Shown one piece after another: positions 21,673 through 31,873 of a stretch of 36,304 bases of DNA; the first letter of the stretch is position 1; the number at the start of each line of letters is the position of its first letter. The notes below the pieces were generated by a model. The model was not told where the DNA came from. It worked only from the letters and a program-made list of their open reading frames with translations, and did no database searches. The translations under genes and the position numbers were made by a program. The stretch spans positions 1 to 36,304 of the forward strand of contig JACNJG010000051.1 of assembly GCA_014382685.1 (NCBI GenBank). The letters are read 5' to 3'. This DNA comes from Candidatus Cloacimonadota bacterium. Lineage in GTDB: Bacteria; Cloacimonadota; Cloacimonadia; JGIOTU-2.

Positions 21673-22344
21673 TTGGGTCAAAAAACTAATCCCGTTGGTT
21701 TTCGAATAGGTTTTAATAAAGACTGGGAATCTATATGGTTCGCCAATACTCGCAAAGAGTATGTTGAAACATTCTATGAAGATATGCGGATCAAAGATTA
21801 TCTGACTAAAAGATTGTCGGACGCTATGGTCTCTAAAATAGAAATACATCGTAAAAGTGATAAATTGACAGTTGTGATCCATACTGCTCGACCTGGTATT
21901 GTGATCGGCAGAAAAGGTGTCGAGATCGAAAAAGTAAAGCAAGAGCTTATAACTTTTTTGGATATGAATGCCAAGGATGACTATTCCAAGCTTGCTATCG
22001 ATGTACAGGAAGTAAAAAGACCTGAACTCGATGCTCGTCTTGTAGGTATGGATATCGCACGTCAGATAGAAAATAGAATTTCTTATCGTAGAGCAATGAA
22101 AAGAGCTATTGAACGTACAATGTCAGCCGGTGCTGAAGGTATCAAGATCAAAACCAGCGGACGACTTCACGGCGCCGAAATTGCTCGAAGTGAAGAATAT
22201 AAAGATGGTCGAACACCCCTCCATACCCTTCGTTCCAATATTGATTATGCATTATCCTTAGCCCATACACGATATGGTATAATTGGAATTAAGGTTTGGA
22301 TCTGCAAGGGTGAGCTAACGATGAAAGAGCATCATCAATCATAA
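21673..22344 (+). CDS. rpsC: 30S ribosomal protein S3
   Basis: TTG start with GGAGG upstream. MGQKTNPVGFRIG N-terminus, KH-domain segment, GRLHGAEIARSEEYKDGRTPLHTLRSNIDY. Confidence 0.98.
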   Translation: MGQKTNPVGFRIGFNKDWESIWFANTRKEYVETFYEDMRIKDYLTKRLSDAMVSKIEIHRKSDKLTVVIHTARPGIVIGRKGVEIEKVKQELITFLDMNAKDDYSKLAIDVQEVKRPELDARLVGMDIARQIENRISYRRAMKRAIERTMSAGAEGIKIKTSGRLHGAEIARSEEYKDGRTPLHTLRSNIDYALSLAHTRYGIIGIKVWICKGELTMKEHHQS

Positions 22345-22361
22345 TATAAGGTATTGGATAT

Positions 22362-22781
22362 ATGTTACAGCCAAAGAAAGTTAAACATCGTAAACAGCAG
22401 CGAGGAAAAAGACGCGGAAAAGCATATTCAGGTTCCAACATCGATTTCGGTCAGTATGGTCTTGTTACTCTTGATACCGGATGGCTCACTGCTCGTCAGA
22501 TCGAAGCAGCGCGTGTGGCAATAACTCACTATATGAAAAGAATAGGAAAAGTCTGGATAAGAGTATTTCCGGATAAGCCAATAACTCTTAAACCCGCAGA
22601 AACTCGCATGGGAAAAGGTAAAGGCGCTCCTGAATATTGGGTAGCTGTTGTTAAACCCGGGCGTGTGCTTTTTGAGCTTGAAGGTGTAGATGAAAACGTT
22701 GCAAAAAGAGCACTGGAACTGGGAGGGCATAAACTTCCCGTAAAAACCAAATTCGTAACTCGTGATGAGGTGAGAGGTTAA
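22362..22781 (+). CDS. rplP: 50S ribosomal protein L16
   Basis: [16 protein letters not shown]-terminus, [24 protein letters not shown] signature. Confidence 0.98.
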   Translation: MLQPKKVKHRKQQRGKRRGKAYSGSNIDFGQYGLVTLDTGWLTARQIEAARVAITHYMKRIGKVWIRVFPDKPITLKPAETRMGKGKGAPEYWVAVVKPGRVLFELEGVDENVAKRALELGGHKLPVKTKFVTRDEVRG

Positions 22782-22782
22782 T

Positions 22783-22992
22783 ATGCTGAAACCAAATGAA
22801 ATCAGAGAAATGAATCTTGCTGAACTTGAAATGAAAGAGCAGGACCTTCAAGAAGAATTTTTTAATCTTCGTTTACAGAAAGTGACGAACCGATTGGAAA
22901 ATCCCTGGAAGCTTCACGAAGCTCGAAGAGATATTGCACGGGTAAAGACAATTATTCGTGAAAAGCAACAAATTGATAATAAGGAAGTGTAG
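22783..22992 (+). CDS. rpmC: 50S ribosomal protein L29
   Basis: 69 aa; LKPNEIREMNLAELEMKEQDLQEEFFNLRLQ typical of L29; position between rplP and rpsQ. Confidence 0.95.
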   Translation: MLKPNEIREMNLAELEMKEQDLQEEFFNLRLQKVTNRLENPWKLHEARRDIARVKTIIREKQQIDNKEV

Positions 22993-23001
22993 TAGGTCTA
23001 A

Positions 23002-23271
23002 ATGGATAAGGAAAAAGTGTCAATCCGTCAAAAGCCCACAAGAATCGGTATCGTAGTTAGCGATAAGATGGATAAAACTGTGGTAGTTCGTGTTGAGCGA
23101 AAATATAAGCATCCGCTCTATGGAAAATATATTAGAAAACATAAAAAATTTCATGTCCACGATGAGAATAATGAAGCACATATCGGCGATAAAGTAAAAA
23201 TTGAAGAATTTCAACCTGTTAGTAAAACCAAACGCTGGAAACTCATCGAAATCATTGAAAGAAGCAAGTAG
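23002..23271 (+). CDS. rpsQ: 30S ribosomal protein S17
   Basis: [40 protein letters not shown] signature; 89 aa. Confidence 0.97.
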   Translation: MDKEKVSIRQKPTRIGIVVSDKMDKTVVVRVERKYKHPLYGKYIRKHKKFHVHDENNEAHIGDKVKIEEFQPVSKTKRWKLIEIIERSK

Positions 23272-23289
23272 GAAATTTAGGGAGTTCTA

Positions 23290-23658
23290 ATGATACAGCA
23301 GGAGACAGTTCTTAAAGTTGCAGATAATTCCGGTGCCAAAGTGGTGAAATGTATAAAGGTTTTGGGTGGTTCACGCCGCCGTTATGCTGGTCTTGGTGAT
23401 GTGATCGTGCTTTCTGTTAAATCTGCTATCCCTCACAGTGATGTGAAAAAAGGCAGCTTGCACAGGGGAGTGGTCGTGCGCACAAAGAAGGCAGTACGCC
23501 GCCCGGATGGTTCTTATGTCCGTTTTGGTGATAATGCAGTTGTGCTGATAAATGAAATTATGGAACCAAAAGGAACCCGTATTTTCGGTCCGGTTGCCCG
23601 TGAATTAAGAGAGAAAAAGTTCATGAAGATACTTTCTCTAGCCCCTGAGGTTGTGTAG
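23290..23658 (+). CDS. rplN: 50S ribosomal protein L14
   Basis: [18 protein letters not shown]-terminus; 122 aa. Confidence 0.99.
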   Translation: MIQQETVLKVADNSGAKVVKCIKVLGGSRRRYAGLGDVIVLSVKSAIPHSDVKKGSLHRGVVVRTKKAVRRPDGSYVRFGDNAVVLINEIMEPKGTRIFGPVARELREKKFMKILSLAPEVV

Positions 23659-23667
23659 GAGTTTTAT

Positions 23668-23976
23668 ATGAGAATAAAAAAAGATGATAAAGTAAAAGTT
23701 ATTTCCGGCGAATATAAAGGTGTCGAGGGACATGTGTTAAAATCTTTCCGCGAGAAGAATAAGCTAATTGTGGAAAAGGTAAATTTCATCAAGAAACATC
23801 AGCGTCCCACTCAGCAGAATCCTTCTGGCGGTGTTATTGAGATGGAAGCGCCTATACATGTTTCCAATGTTCAGTTCGTTTGCCCGAAATGTGGAAAACC
23901 TTCTAAGGTTAAAATGAAAATTTTAGATGATAAAAGTAGAATTCGATACTGCACTAAATGCGGTGATATGGTCTAA
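23668..23976 (+). CDS. rplX: 50S ribosomal protein L24 (with C-terminal CxxC...CxxC pair)
   Basis: KOW motif IKKDDKVKVISGEYKGVEGHV, GGVIEMEAPIHVSNV, then CPKCGKPSKVKMKILDDKSRIRYCTKCG. Confidence 0.96.
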   Translation: MRIKKDDKVKVISGEYKGVEGHVLKSFREKNKLIVEKVNFIKKHQRPTQQNPSGGVIEMEAPIHVSNVQFVCPKCGKPSKVKMKILDDKSRIRYCTKCGDMV

Positions 23977-23985
23977 CGAGGAACA

Positions 23986-24528
23986 ATGAGTAGATTAAAA
24001 AACAAGTTCAAAAAGGAAATTATACCTGAGCTTACGAAAAAGCATGAGTATGCCAATGTGATGGATGTTCCCAAACTGAAAAAGGTAACAGTGAATATTG
24101 GTGTGGGAGAAGCGACCGAAAACAGAGCATCGCTGGATAATGCGCGTAAGGAAATTGAAGCGATCACAGGACAGCATGCAGTGATTACTCATGCAAAGAA
24201 ATCAATCTCAAATTTTAAATTACGTAAAGGTATGCCTATTGGCACGATGACTACCTTACGCGGTGAAATGATGTATGAATTCGTCGATAAACTGATCAGT
24301 ATTGTGCTTCCGCGTCTCCGTGACTTCAATGGCGTTTCACCTCACGGATTTGATGGACGCGGTAATTATACATTGGGTATCAAAGAGCAGATAGTGTTTC
24401 CTGAAATTGATTATGATAAAGTGGATAAAGTTCGTGGTTTAAATATCACATTTGTGACAACAGCAAAGACTGATGAAGAGGGATTCAATCTTCTTAAAGC
24501 TCTTGGCATGCCCTTTGCTCAGAAATAA
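23986..24528 (+). CDS. rplE: 50S ribosomal protein L5
   Basis: [55 protein letters not shown] signatures; 180 aa. Confidence 0.98.
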   Translation: MSRLKNKFKKEIIPELTKKHEYANVMDVPKLKKVTVNIGVGEATENRASLDNARKEIEAITGQHAVITHAKKSISNFKLRKGMPIGTMTTLRGEMMYEFVDKLISIVLPRLRDFNGVSPHGFDGRGNYTLGIKEQIVFPEIDYDKVDKVRGLNITFVTTAKTDEEGFNLLKALGMPFAQK

Positions 24529-24545
24529 AAATAATAAGGAATTGT

Positions 24546-24731
24546 ATGGCACGTAAAGCATTAATTGTCAAATCGAAAAGAGAAAAAAAGTTCAAAGTTC
24601 AAGAATATAATAGATGTGAACTGTGTGGAAGATCTCGTGCATATTTACGAGATTTCGGAATTTGCAGATTATGTTTCAGAAAACTTGCACTGGAAGGCAA
24701 AATTCCAGGCGTCAAAAAGGCTAGCTGGTAG
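24546..24731 (+). CDS. rpsN: 30S ribosomal protein S14, short Zn-binding (type Z) form
   Basis: 61 aa; [45 protein letters not shown] with a CxxC...CxxC pair. Confidence 0.97.
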   Translation: MARKALIVKSKREKKFKVQEYNRCELCGRSRAYLRDFGICRLCFRKLALEGKIPGVKKASW

Positions 24732-24742
24732 TCGGAGGATAT

Positions 24743-25156
24743 ATGGCAAATTCTGATCCAATCGCACAAATGCTCACAGTTATTCGTAATGGGATTCAGG
24801 CAAAGAAGAAATTCGTTGTTGTTGATTCTTCAAACCTGAAAAAAGATATTATAAGAATCCTTCACGAGGAGAATTTCATCACAAAATATTCTGTGCTCGA
24901 ACCATCTGAAGCTGAAAATCGCAAGTTCGAACAGATAAAGATAGATCTTCGCTATGTGAATGATTTTGAGTCTGTTATCAAGGGCTTACAAAAAATCAGC
25001 AAGCCCAGTAAGCGTGTGTACGTTAATTCATTAAATATTCCCGTTGTGTTAAATCATATAGGAATTGCAATTATTTCCACCAACAAAGGTGTCCTTATAG
25101 ATAGAGATGCCAGAAAATATAAAGTTGGCGGTGAGTATATCTGTAAAATTTGGTAA
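24743..25156 (+). CDS. rpsH: 30S ribosomal protein S8
   Basis: SDPIAQMLTVIRNG N-terminus; GIAIISTNKGVLIDRDARKYKVGGEYICKIW C-terminus. Confidence 0.97.
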   Translation: MANSDPIAQMLTVIRNGIQAKKKFVVVDSSNLKKDIIRILHEENFITKYSVLEPSEAENRKFEQIKIDLRYVNDFESVIKGLQKISKPSKRVYVNSLNIPVVLNHIGIAIISTNKGVLIDRDARKYKVGGEYICKIW

Positions 25157-25167
25157 AGGGGTAGTCA

Positions 25168-25752
25168 ATGTCCAGAGTAGGTAAAGATCCAATAGTTATT
25201 CCCGAAAAAGTTACAGTCGATGTAAAAGGACAGCATGTTAAAGTGATAGGTCCCTTAGGAACACTCGAACGCGATCTCAATGATGGAATTACTATTAAAA
25301 TAAAAGATAATCAAGCAGTTTTTACACGAAAAGATGATGAAAAACTGACTCGAAGTCTTCATGGACTGAACCGATCCCTCGTTGCCAATATGGTAGAGGG
25401 TGTATCTAATGGTTATTTGAAAAAGCTTATGATCGTTGGAACCGGTTACAAGGCAGAGGTTAAAGGCAAGTGGCTTGTGCTCACTCTTGGTTTTTCTCAT
25501 GAAGTGTATTTTGAAATTCCCAAAGAAGTGAAAGTAAAAATTGAAAAAATCGGTAGTGCACAAGCAAGCAGTATATCCGGTCTGCAGGCGATCGTTGATT
25601 TTCGCAGTCATGATAAAGAAATGCTTGGTGCAGTCTGCGCCGCTATTCGAGATATCAAACCTCCGGAATGTTATAAAGGAAAAGGTATTCGATATGCCGA
25701 TGAGCATATCCGTATCAAACCCGGTAAAGTTGCTGGCGGAGCAGGGGCTTAA
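25168..25752 (+). CDS. rplF: 50S ribosomal protein L6
   Basis: MSRVGKDPIVIPEKVTV N-terminus; PPECYKGKGIRYADEHIRIKPGK C-terminus; 194 aa. Confidence 0.97.
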   Translation: MSRVGKDPIVIPEKVTVDVKGQHVKVIGPLGTLERDLNDGITIKIKDNQAVFTRKDDEKLTRSLHGLNRSLVANMVEGVSNGYLKKLMIVGTGYKAEVKGKWLVLTLGFSHEVYFEIPKEVKVKIEKIGSAQASSISGLQAIVDFRSHDKEMLGAVCAAIRDIKPPECYKGKGIRYADEHIRIKPGKVAGGAGA

Positions 25753-25761
25753 GGAGTAGGT

Positions 25762-26139
25762 ATGTTAAAGAAAAAGGTAAGTAAAAATATATTACTAAGA
25801 AATCGTCGAAAAGTTGCTATCCGAAACAAAATTTCCGGTTCAGCAGAAAAGCCGCGTCTCAGTGTTTATAGAAGCTTGAAGCATATCTATGCTCAAGCCA
25901 TTGATGATGAGAATGGTGTGACGCTCTGTGCGGTTTCCAGTCTCAGTCCTGAGTATAAAAAGCAGGCAAAAGACGGTATGAAGCCAATTGCAAAAGCAGG
26001 GCTTATTGGCGAGCTTTTTGCCAAGAAATGTCTTAAGAAGAAAATTAATAAAGTTTGTTTTGATAGAAATGGTTTTAAGTACCATGGTCGTGTAAAAGCC
26101 CTTGCAGAAGGTGCACGAAAAGCCGGTTTGGAATTCTAG
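25762..26139 (+). CDS. rplR: 50S ribosomal protein L18
   Basis: [34 protein letters not shown] and [26 protein letters not shown] signatures. Confidence 0.97.
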   Translation: MLKKKVSKNILLRNRRKVAIRNKISGSAEKPRLSVYRSLKHIYAQAIDDENGVTLCAVSSLSPEYKKQAKDGMKPIAKAGLIGELFAKKCLKKKINKVCFDRNGFKYHGRVKALAEGARKAGLEF

Positions 26140-26147
26140 GAGAGCAT

Positions 26148-26654
26148 ATGCGAAACGAAAGACGACGTGATGAAAATGAATTAGTTTATGAACAAGTTGT
26201 TGATACCAACCGTGTTTCCAAAGTGACCAAGGGTGGAAGACACTTCAGCTTTAATGCCACAGTAGTGGTTGGTGATAAAAACGGAAAAGTCGGTGTCGGC
26301 ATGGGAAAAGCCAATGAAGTTATTCCTGCCATAAATAAAGCCAAGGATAAAGCAAGAAAATCTCTCTTCGGATTCCCGATTCGTAATGGCACGATCCCGC
26401 ACATGATCGTTGGTAAATTCGGAGGTAGTAAAGTGCTCCTCAAGCCAGCCGCACCCGGCACAGGTGTTATCGCTGGTGGACCAATACGTGCGATCCTTGA
26501 AGCTGCAGGTGTGGAAAATGTGCTGACTAAATCCCTTGGGTCAAGCACAAAACACAATATGGTAAAAGCCACAGTTCGTGCACTTCAAGCTCTCCGCTCA
26601 CATGAAGAAGTCGCAAAACTACGTGGAAAAACTGTATCAGAACTTCTATCATAA
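26148..26654 (+). CDS. rpsE: 30S ribosomal protein S5
   Basis: [36 protein letters not shown] signature; 168 aa. Confidence 0.98.
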   Translation: MRNERRRDENELVYEQVVDTNRVSKVTKGGRHFSFNATVVVGDKNGKVGVGMGKANEVIPAINKAKDKARKSLFGFPIRNGTIPHMIVGKFGGSKVLLKPAAPGTGVIAGGPIRAILEAAGVENVLTKSLGSSTKHNMVKATVRALQALRSHEEVAKLRGKTVSELLS

Positions 26655-26672
26655 ATAAAGGTTGATCAAGAA

Positions 26673-26870
26673 ATGAAACTTAAAATTACATTAGTAAAAA
26701 GCACGATAGGACAGAAGCCCAATATCAGAAAGACTGTTGAAGCATTAGGACTTCGCAAGCTCCATCATTCTGTTATTCAAAAAGATACACCTCCCATTTT
26801 GGGAATGATCAATACTATAGCACATTTAGTGGAAGTTGAAGAAATTAAAGGAAGAAGAGGTTCCAAATGA
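26673..26870 (+). CDS. rpmD: 50S ribosomal protein L30
   Basis: MKLKITLVKSTIGQKPNIRKTVEALGLRK signature; 65 aa. Confidence 0.95.
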   Translation: MKLKITLVKSTIGQKPNIRKTVEALGLRKLHHSVIQKDTPPILGMINTIAHLVEVEEIKGRRGSK

Positions 26871-27322
26871 AATTAAATGAATTAAAACCTCCTCAAAATT
26901 CTCGTAAGAAAAAATTCCGTCTGGGCAAAGGTGACGGCTCTGGAAAAGGAAAAACCAGCGGTCACGGCATGAATGGGCAGAAATGCAGAAGCGGCGCCAG
27001 CATTCCTAACTGGTTTGAAGGCGGTCAAACGCCCATACATCGCAGATTGCCTATTAAGGGTTTTAATAATAGTAGATTTTCCAAGAAATATAGAATAGTC
27101 TCATTGAACACTCTTGCTGAAATCGATGAAAGCATTATTGATATCGAACTCATGGAAAAACGTGGGTTGATTGAAATTCAAAATCACAAAGTTCAAATGG
27201 TGAAAGTTCTTGCAAACAAGGAAAATAAATTTGATAAAAAGAAAGTAATCAAAGCCAACGGTTTTAGCAAAAAAGCAATTGAAATCATACATAAAGTTGG
27301 CGGAAAAGCAGAGGTTGTATAG
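26867..27322 (+). CDS. rplO: 50S ribosomal protein L15
   Basis: MKLNELKPPQNSRKKKFRLGKGDGSGKGKTSGHGMNGQK N-terminus; ATGA overlap with rpmD. Confidence 0.97.
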   Translation: MKLNELKPPQNSRKKKFRLGKGDGSGKGKTSGHGMNGQKCRSGASIPNWFEGGQTPIHRRLPIKGFNNSRFSKKYRIVSLNTLAEIDESIIDIELMEKRGLIEIQNHKVQMVKVLANKENKFDKKKVIKANGFSKKAIEIIHKVGGKAEVV

Positions 27323-28635
27323 TGCTAAAATCACTATTTAACGTCTTTAAAGTACCTGAACTCAAGAAGAAAGTTCTTTTCACTCTTGGAATTCTTATTG
27401 CTTATCGTTTAGGGAGTCATATTCCCACTCCTGGTATCAATACCGCAGCGCTTGGAGAGTTTTTTGCAACGCAAGGTAATACCATATTCGGTATGATCGA
27501 CCTTTTTGTGGGTGGAAACCTGAGCAATGCAACCATCTTTGCTCTCGGTATCATGCCGTACATTACTGCTTCTATTGTGATGCAGCTTCTCGGCGGAGTA
27601 ATTCCTTATTTTGAAAAACTCAAAAAAGAGGGTCCTGAAGGTCAGAAAAAAATTACCCAATATACACGTTACGGTACGCTCATTGTCGGTATTTTTAATG
27701 CGTTCTGGATAACTACTTTTCTTGAGAGTATTACTACTCCTTCCGGTGCAGCAGTTGTTCCATATCCGGGTTTGATGTTCAAATTTATAACTATACTCAC
27801 TCTTGTAACCGGCACTATACTCATAATGTGGCTTGGTGAACAGATCACAGAAAAAGGTATTGGGAACGGTATTTCTCTTATCATCTTTATTGGTATTATT
27901 GCTCGATATCCAAATGGATTTATAAATATGTTCAAGATGGTTGCAACAGGTACTCTTCCCGTTTTGCTTGCTGTTGCGATCCTAGTATTTATGGTGCTTG
28001 CCACTACTGCCGTTATTTTCATTACTGAAGCGACGCGAAAGATCCCGGTGCAATATGCAAAGCGAGTCATAGGTAGAAAGATCTATGGTGGACAGGCAAC
28101 GTATATTCCACTGAAGGTAAACTCTGCAGGTGTTATTCCTATTATTTTTGCGCAATCCGTGCTCATGTTCCCGCAAACGATCACGACATTTTTTAAGGAT
28201 AGTGATTTCATGCATATGCTTTCAAGCTGGCTTTCACCTGGTGCTTTCCTGCATACATCTCTCTATGTGATCATGATCGTATTCTTTGCGTACTTCTATA
28301 CTGCTATTGTACTCAATCCGACAGAGATTGCAGCAAATATGAAAAAATATGGCGGCTTCATTCCCGGACGTAAACCCGGTAAGAGAACTGCCGAATATAT
28401 AAACAATGTGATTGTTCGTATCACCTTACCCGGTGCAATATTCTTTGCATTCATCGCAGTTACACCAACATTCCTTATCCAATATGCCAGACTTCCATTC
28501 TATTTCGGAGGTACTGGTTTGATCATTATCGTTGGTGTGGCGCTCGATACACTGAAGCAGATAGAATCTCACCTTGTTATGCGTCATTATGACGGATTTA
28601 TGAAGAAAGGTAAATTGCGAGGAAGATCAAGGTGA
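27322..28635 (+). CDS. secY: Preprotein translocase subunit SecY
   Basis: GTG start overlapping the rplO TAG by 1 nt. 437 aa, multi-pass membrane protein. GIMPYITASIVMQLL and WLGEQITEKGIGNGISLIIF signatures. Confidence 0.98.
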   Translation: MLKSLFNVFKVPELKKKVLFTLGILIAYRLGSHIPTPGINTAALGEFFATQGNTIFGMIDLFVGGNLSNATIFALGIMPYITASIVMQLLGGVIPYFEKLKKEGPEGQKKITQYTRYGTLIVGIFNAFWITTFLESITTPSGAAVVPYPGLMFKFITILTLVTGTILIMWLGEQITEKGIGNGISLIIFIGIIARYPNGFINMFKMVATGTLPVLLAVAILVFMVLATTAVIFITEATRKIPVQYAKRVIGRKIYGGQATYIPLKVNSAGVIPIIFAQSVLMFPQTITTFFKDSDFMHMLSSWLSPGAFLHTSLYVIMIVFFAYFYTAIVLNPTEIAANMKKYGGFIPGRKPGKRTAEYINNVIVRITLPGAIFFAFIAVTPTFLIQYARLPFYFGGTGLIIIVGVALDTLKQIESHLVMRHYDGFMKKGKLRGRSR

Positions 28636-29303
28636 TCGACACGAAAAAACGCATAGTTGTGTTATTGGGTCCTCCCGGAGCAGGGAAAGGCACTCAAGCA
28701 GCATATATCAAAGAGAGATTTCATATTCCTCATATCTCTACCGGTGAGATCCTGCGTGATAACATCGATAAAGGAACACCTCTTGGTATTGAAGCACATA
28801 AATTCATGCACAAAGGTGATCTTGTTCCGGACGATCTTATCATCGAGATGGTAAAAGACAGAGTACTGCAGCCGGATTGTGATGAAGGCGCTTTGTTTGA
28901 TGGATTTCCCAGAAATGAAGAACAGGCAGAAATGTTCTTTGATATGGAATATGTATCCACAAATGCAAAAGTGTGTGCCATTCTCATCGATATACCCGAT
29001 GAAGAGGTAATAAAACGGTTATCTAATCGACGATATTGCCCGAGCTGTAAAAGCATTTATAATCTCATTCATAAAATTCCTAAGAAAAAAGATGGAGATT
29101 CCTTCCTATGTGATAATTGTGGCACAGAGCTTGTAATTCGTGATGATGATAAAGTCGATACCATTAAGAATCGGTTGAAGGTTTTTCATAATACTGCCGA
29201 ACCTCTCATTGATTATTTCACAAAGAAGAATGTTCTTCACATAGTGGATGGCATAACCTCTCTTGAAGAAGTATTCAAGCAGATCGTGAAAATACTTGAA
29301 TAA
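28632..29303 (+). CDS. adk: Adenylate kinase (Zn-lid type)
   Basis: GTGA overlap with the secY stop. P-loop GPPGAGKGTQ. Lid domain with CPSC...CDNC; 223 aa. Confidence 0.97.
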   Translation: MIDTKKRIVVLLGPPGAGKGTQAAYIKERFHIPHISTGEILRDNIDKGTPLGIEAHKFMHKGDLVPDDLIIEMVKDRVLQPDCDEGALFDGFPRNEEQAEMFFDMEYVSTNAKVCAILIDIPDEEVIKRLSNRRYCPSCKSIYNLIHKIPKKKDGDSFLCDNCGTELVIRDDDKVDTIKNRLKVFHNTAEPLIDYFTKKNVLHIVDGITSLEEVFKQIVKILE

Positions 29304-29305
29304 GA

Positions 29306-30073
29306 ATGATCACGATAAAGAATGCCCGGGAAATCAAACTCATGAGAGAGAGTAATGCTCTCGTTGCCCTCATCCTTGATGAGTTGCATGACATGATCAA
29401 ACCTGGCGTGAATGCTTTTGATTTGAATGCCCGAGCAGAAGATATCATGAAAGAACATGGCGCAGAATCTGCTTTCAAAGGTTATGAAATGGACGGTCTT
29501 GATCCGTATGAATATTCGATATGTTCATCAGTAAACAGTGAGATCGTTCACGGTTATTCGACAAAAGATAAAGTATTACAAAATGGTGATATAATTGGCA
29601 TAGATGTGGGTATTAAAATGAATGGCTTCTGTGGTGACGGAGCACGAACTTTTTTAGTTGGAACTATTTCAAAGGAAGTTCAGTTCCTTCTCGATTGTAC
29701 AAGAAAAGCCCTTGAAAATGCTATCGCACAGTGCAAACCCGGCAAAAGGGTCGGAGATATATCTGCAGCAATTGAAAATACTGCAATGGATAATGGATTG
29801 TATGTGGCAGAATGGCTTACAGGGCATGGAATCGGGCGAACATTGCACGAAGACCCTATGATACCGAATGTCGGCAAAAAGGGAACAGGACCTGTGCTCA
29901 AACCGGGCATGACCATTTCCATTGAGCCGATGTTCAATATTGGAACTTCAAAAACTGTAGAAAAAGAATGGGTTTTTTGCACGATGGATGGTTCACCATC
30001 TGCACATTTCGAAAACACAGTTCTTATTACAGAGAATGAACCGGAAATTTTAACGAAAACAAGGAGCTCATGA
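29306..30073 (+). CDS. map: Type I methionine aminopeptidase
   Basis: Metal-ligand blocks [43 protein letters not shown]; 255 aa. Confidence 0.97.
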   Translation: MITIKNAREIKLMRESNALVALILDELHDMIKPGVNAFDLNARAEDIMKEHGAESAFKGYEMDGLDPYEYSICSSVNSEIVHGYSTKDKVLQNGDIIGIDVGIKMNGFCGDGARTFLVGTISKEVQFLLDCTRKALENAIAQCKPGKRVGDISAAIENTAMDNGLYVAEWLTGHGIGRTLHEDPMIPNVGKKGTGPVLKPGMTISIEPMFNIGTSKTVEKEWVFCTMDGSPSAHFENTVLITENEPEILTKTRSS

Positions 30074-30291
30074 TGGCTAAAGACGGCCTCATAGAAGTTG
30101 ACGGTACAGTCGTTGAAGCGCTTCCCGGCACGAAATTTATCGTGGAACTGGAAAACGGTCATAAAGTTCATGCCCATATTTCCGGTAAGATGAGAATGCA
30201 CTATATCCGCATTCTTGTAGGTGATAAGGTGAAGATGGAACTCTCTCCTTATGACCTTAACCAGGGACGTATCGTTTATCGTTATAAATAA
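30070..30291 (+). CDS. infA: Translation initiation factor IF-1
   Basis: S1-like fold sequence [56 protein letters not shown]. The start may instead be the second ATG at 30073 (MAKDG...). Confidence 0.96.
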   Translation: MMAKDGLIEVDGTVVEALPGTKFIVELENGHKVHAHISGKMRMHYIRILVGDKVKMELSPYDLNQGRIVYRYK

Positions 30292-30308
30292 TATAGAGGA
30301 TTTTTTTT

Positions 30309-30425
30309 ATGAAAGTTCGAGCATCAGTAAAGAAACTTTGTAAAGATTGTAAAATCGTAAAGCGCAAAGGGCGCATATATGTAATTTGTTCATCAAACCC
30401 AAAACATAAACAGAGACAAGGTTAA
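30309..30425 (+). CDS. rpmJ: 50S ribosomal protein L36
   Basis: Not in the ORF track (38 aa). Hand translation: [38 protein letters not shown]. Canonical L36 with CxxC...C...H. Position between infA and rpsM. Confidence 0.93.
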   Translation: MKVRASVKKLCKDCKIVKRKGRIYVICSSNPKHKQRQG

Positions 30426-30438
30426 GCAAGGAGGCACT

Positions 30439-30804
30439 TTGGCACGAATAGCAGGTGTTGATTTACCAAATGAAAAGCGAATAGAGATCGGCTTGACTTA
30501 TATTTTTGGTATAGGTCGTTCCACCTCTAATAAGATACTGGAAAAAGCCGGTGTCGATATCAATAAAAAAGTAAAAGATCTTACTGACCAGGACGTTATT
30601 AAACTGCGTGATATCATCAGAGATAATTATATGATAGAAGGTGATCTGCGCAAGGAAAGAACCATGAATATCAAACGTCTCATGGAGATTGGTTGTTATC
30701 GTGGTTTGCGTCATCGTATCGGTCTTCCTGTTCGCGGACAAAGCACACATTCAAATGCCCGTACAAGAAAAGGACCACGAAGTAGCCGAGTCGGCAGGAA
30801 ATAG
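30439..30804 (+). CDS. rpsM: 30S ribosomal protein S13
   Basis: TTG start with GGAGG upstream. [27 protein letters not shown]-terminus; [24 protein letters not shown]. Confidence 0.98.
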   Translation: MARIAGVDLPNEKRIEIGLTYIFGIGRSTSNKILEKAGVDINKKVKDLTDQDVIKLRDIIRDNYMIEGDLRKERTMNIKRLMEIGCYRGLRHRIGLPVRGQSTHSNARTRKGPRSSRVGRK

Positions 30805-30815
30805 CAGGAGCAAAG

Positions 30816-31217
30816 ATGGCAGTAAAAAGCAAACAGAAGAAAACAGTAAGAAAAAAGAAAGTCCGTCTCCAAGAAACAGACGGAGTAGCCCATATCCAGG
30901 CAACTTTTAATAATACTATTATCACAATTACTGATAGAAAAGGTAATGTGATCGCTTGGTCAAGCTGTGGCAAAAATGGTTTCAAGAATTCCAAGAAAAG
31001 CACTTCTTATGCAGCACAGCAGACTGCAAAGGATATCGCATCCACAGTGTTGAATATGGGTTTAAGAAATATACATATTAGGGTGAGTGGACCCGGTTCC
31101 GGAAGAGATTCTGCGATTCGTTCACTTCAGGCAGAAGGTTTGAATGTATTGTCAATTCTTGATACGACTCCCATTCCTCATAATGGCTGTCGTCCACCCA
31201 AACGAAGAAGAATTTAA
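30816..31217 (+). CDS. rpsK: 30S ribosomal protein S11
   Basis: [28 protein letters not shown] and [17 protein letters not shown] signatures. Confidence 0.98.
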   Translation: MAVKSKQKKTVRKKKVRLQETDGVAHIQATFNNTIITITDRKGNVIAWSSCGKNGFKNSKKSTSYAAQQTAKDIASTVLNMGLRNIHIRVSGPGSGRDSAIRSLQAEGLNVLSILDTTPIPHNGCRPPKRRRI

Positions 31218-31228
31218 GAGGATTCAGA

Positions 31229-31858
31229 ATGGCTAGATTTTTAGGATCAAAATGTAAATTATGTAGAAGAGAAGGTGTTAAACTCTTTTTGAAAGGTGCA
31301 CGTTGTTATACTCAAAAGTGCAGTATTGAACGCAGAAATACGCCTCCCGGAGAGAGTAAAAGAAGATATCGCGCAAAATTGAGTGACTATGGGATACATC
31401 TTCGTGAAAAGCAAAAAGCAAAGAGAACCTATGGTCTTCTTGAAAAACAGTTCAAGAACTATTTCAAGAAAGCATCTAAAATGAAAGGTGTGACCGGTGA
31501 AAATCTTTTAAGACTTCTCGAAATACGTTTAGATAATACTATCTATAGAATGGGTTTTGCAACCTCACGAAATGCTGCTCGCCAGCTTGTGAATCATGGT
31601 CATGTGCTGGTCGAGGGTAAAAAAGTTGATATTCCATCATTTCTCGTTGAACCCGGACAAAAGATAGAAATAAGAAGTAAAAGTAGACAAATACCCAATA
31701 TCCATGAAGCTATGGAAGCACATAAGTCACTTGATCAGTTCAACTGGCTTGAGGTTCATCCTGAAGAATTTTCGGGTTATGTGAAAGCTCTGCCAACTGC
31801 AGATCAGCTTCCACAGGATATTGATCATAGATTGATTATTGAATTTTACTCTAAATAA
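31229..31858 (+). CDS. rpsD: 30S ribosomal protein S4
   Basis: MARFLGSKCKLCRREGVKLFLKGARCYTQKC (Cys-rich N-terminus), LEIRLDNTIYRMGFATSRNAARQLVNHGHV (S4 domain). Confidence 0.98.
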   Translation: MARFLGSKCKLCRREGVKLFLKGARCYTQKCSIERRNTPPGESKRRYRAKLSDYGIHLREKQKAKRTYGLLEKQFKNYFKKASKMKGVTGENLLRLLEIRLDNTIYRMGFATSRNAARQLVNHGHVLVEGKKVDIPSFLVEPGQKIEIRSKSRQIPNIHEAMEAHKSLDQFNWLEVHPEEFSGYVKALPTADQLPQDIDHRLIIEFYSK

Positions 31859-31873
31859 TACATAGGAGTACAC

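Noticed and set aside
24565-24756. 63-aa alternative-frame ORF overlapping rpsN
   Set aside because: The rpsN frame gives a textbook Zn-type S14. The alternative frame has no support.
25255-25707. 150-aa minus-strand ORF
   Set aside because: Antisense to rplF, low-complexity hydrophobic and aromatic content, no ribosome-binding site.
29680-30201. 173-aa minus-strand ORF
   Set aside because: Antisense to the strongly conserved map and infA genes, with no motif. Typical shadow ORF.
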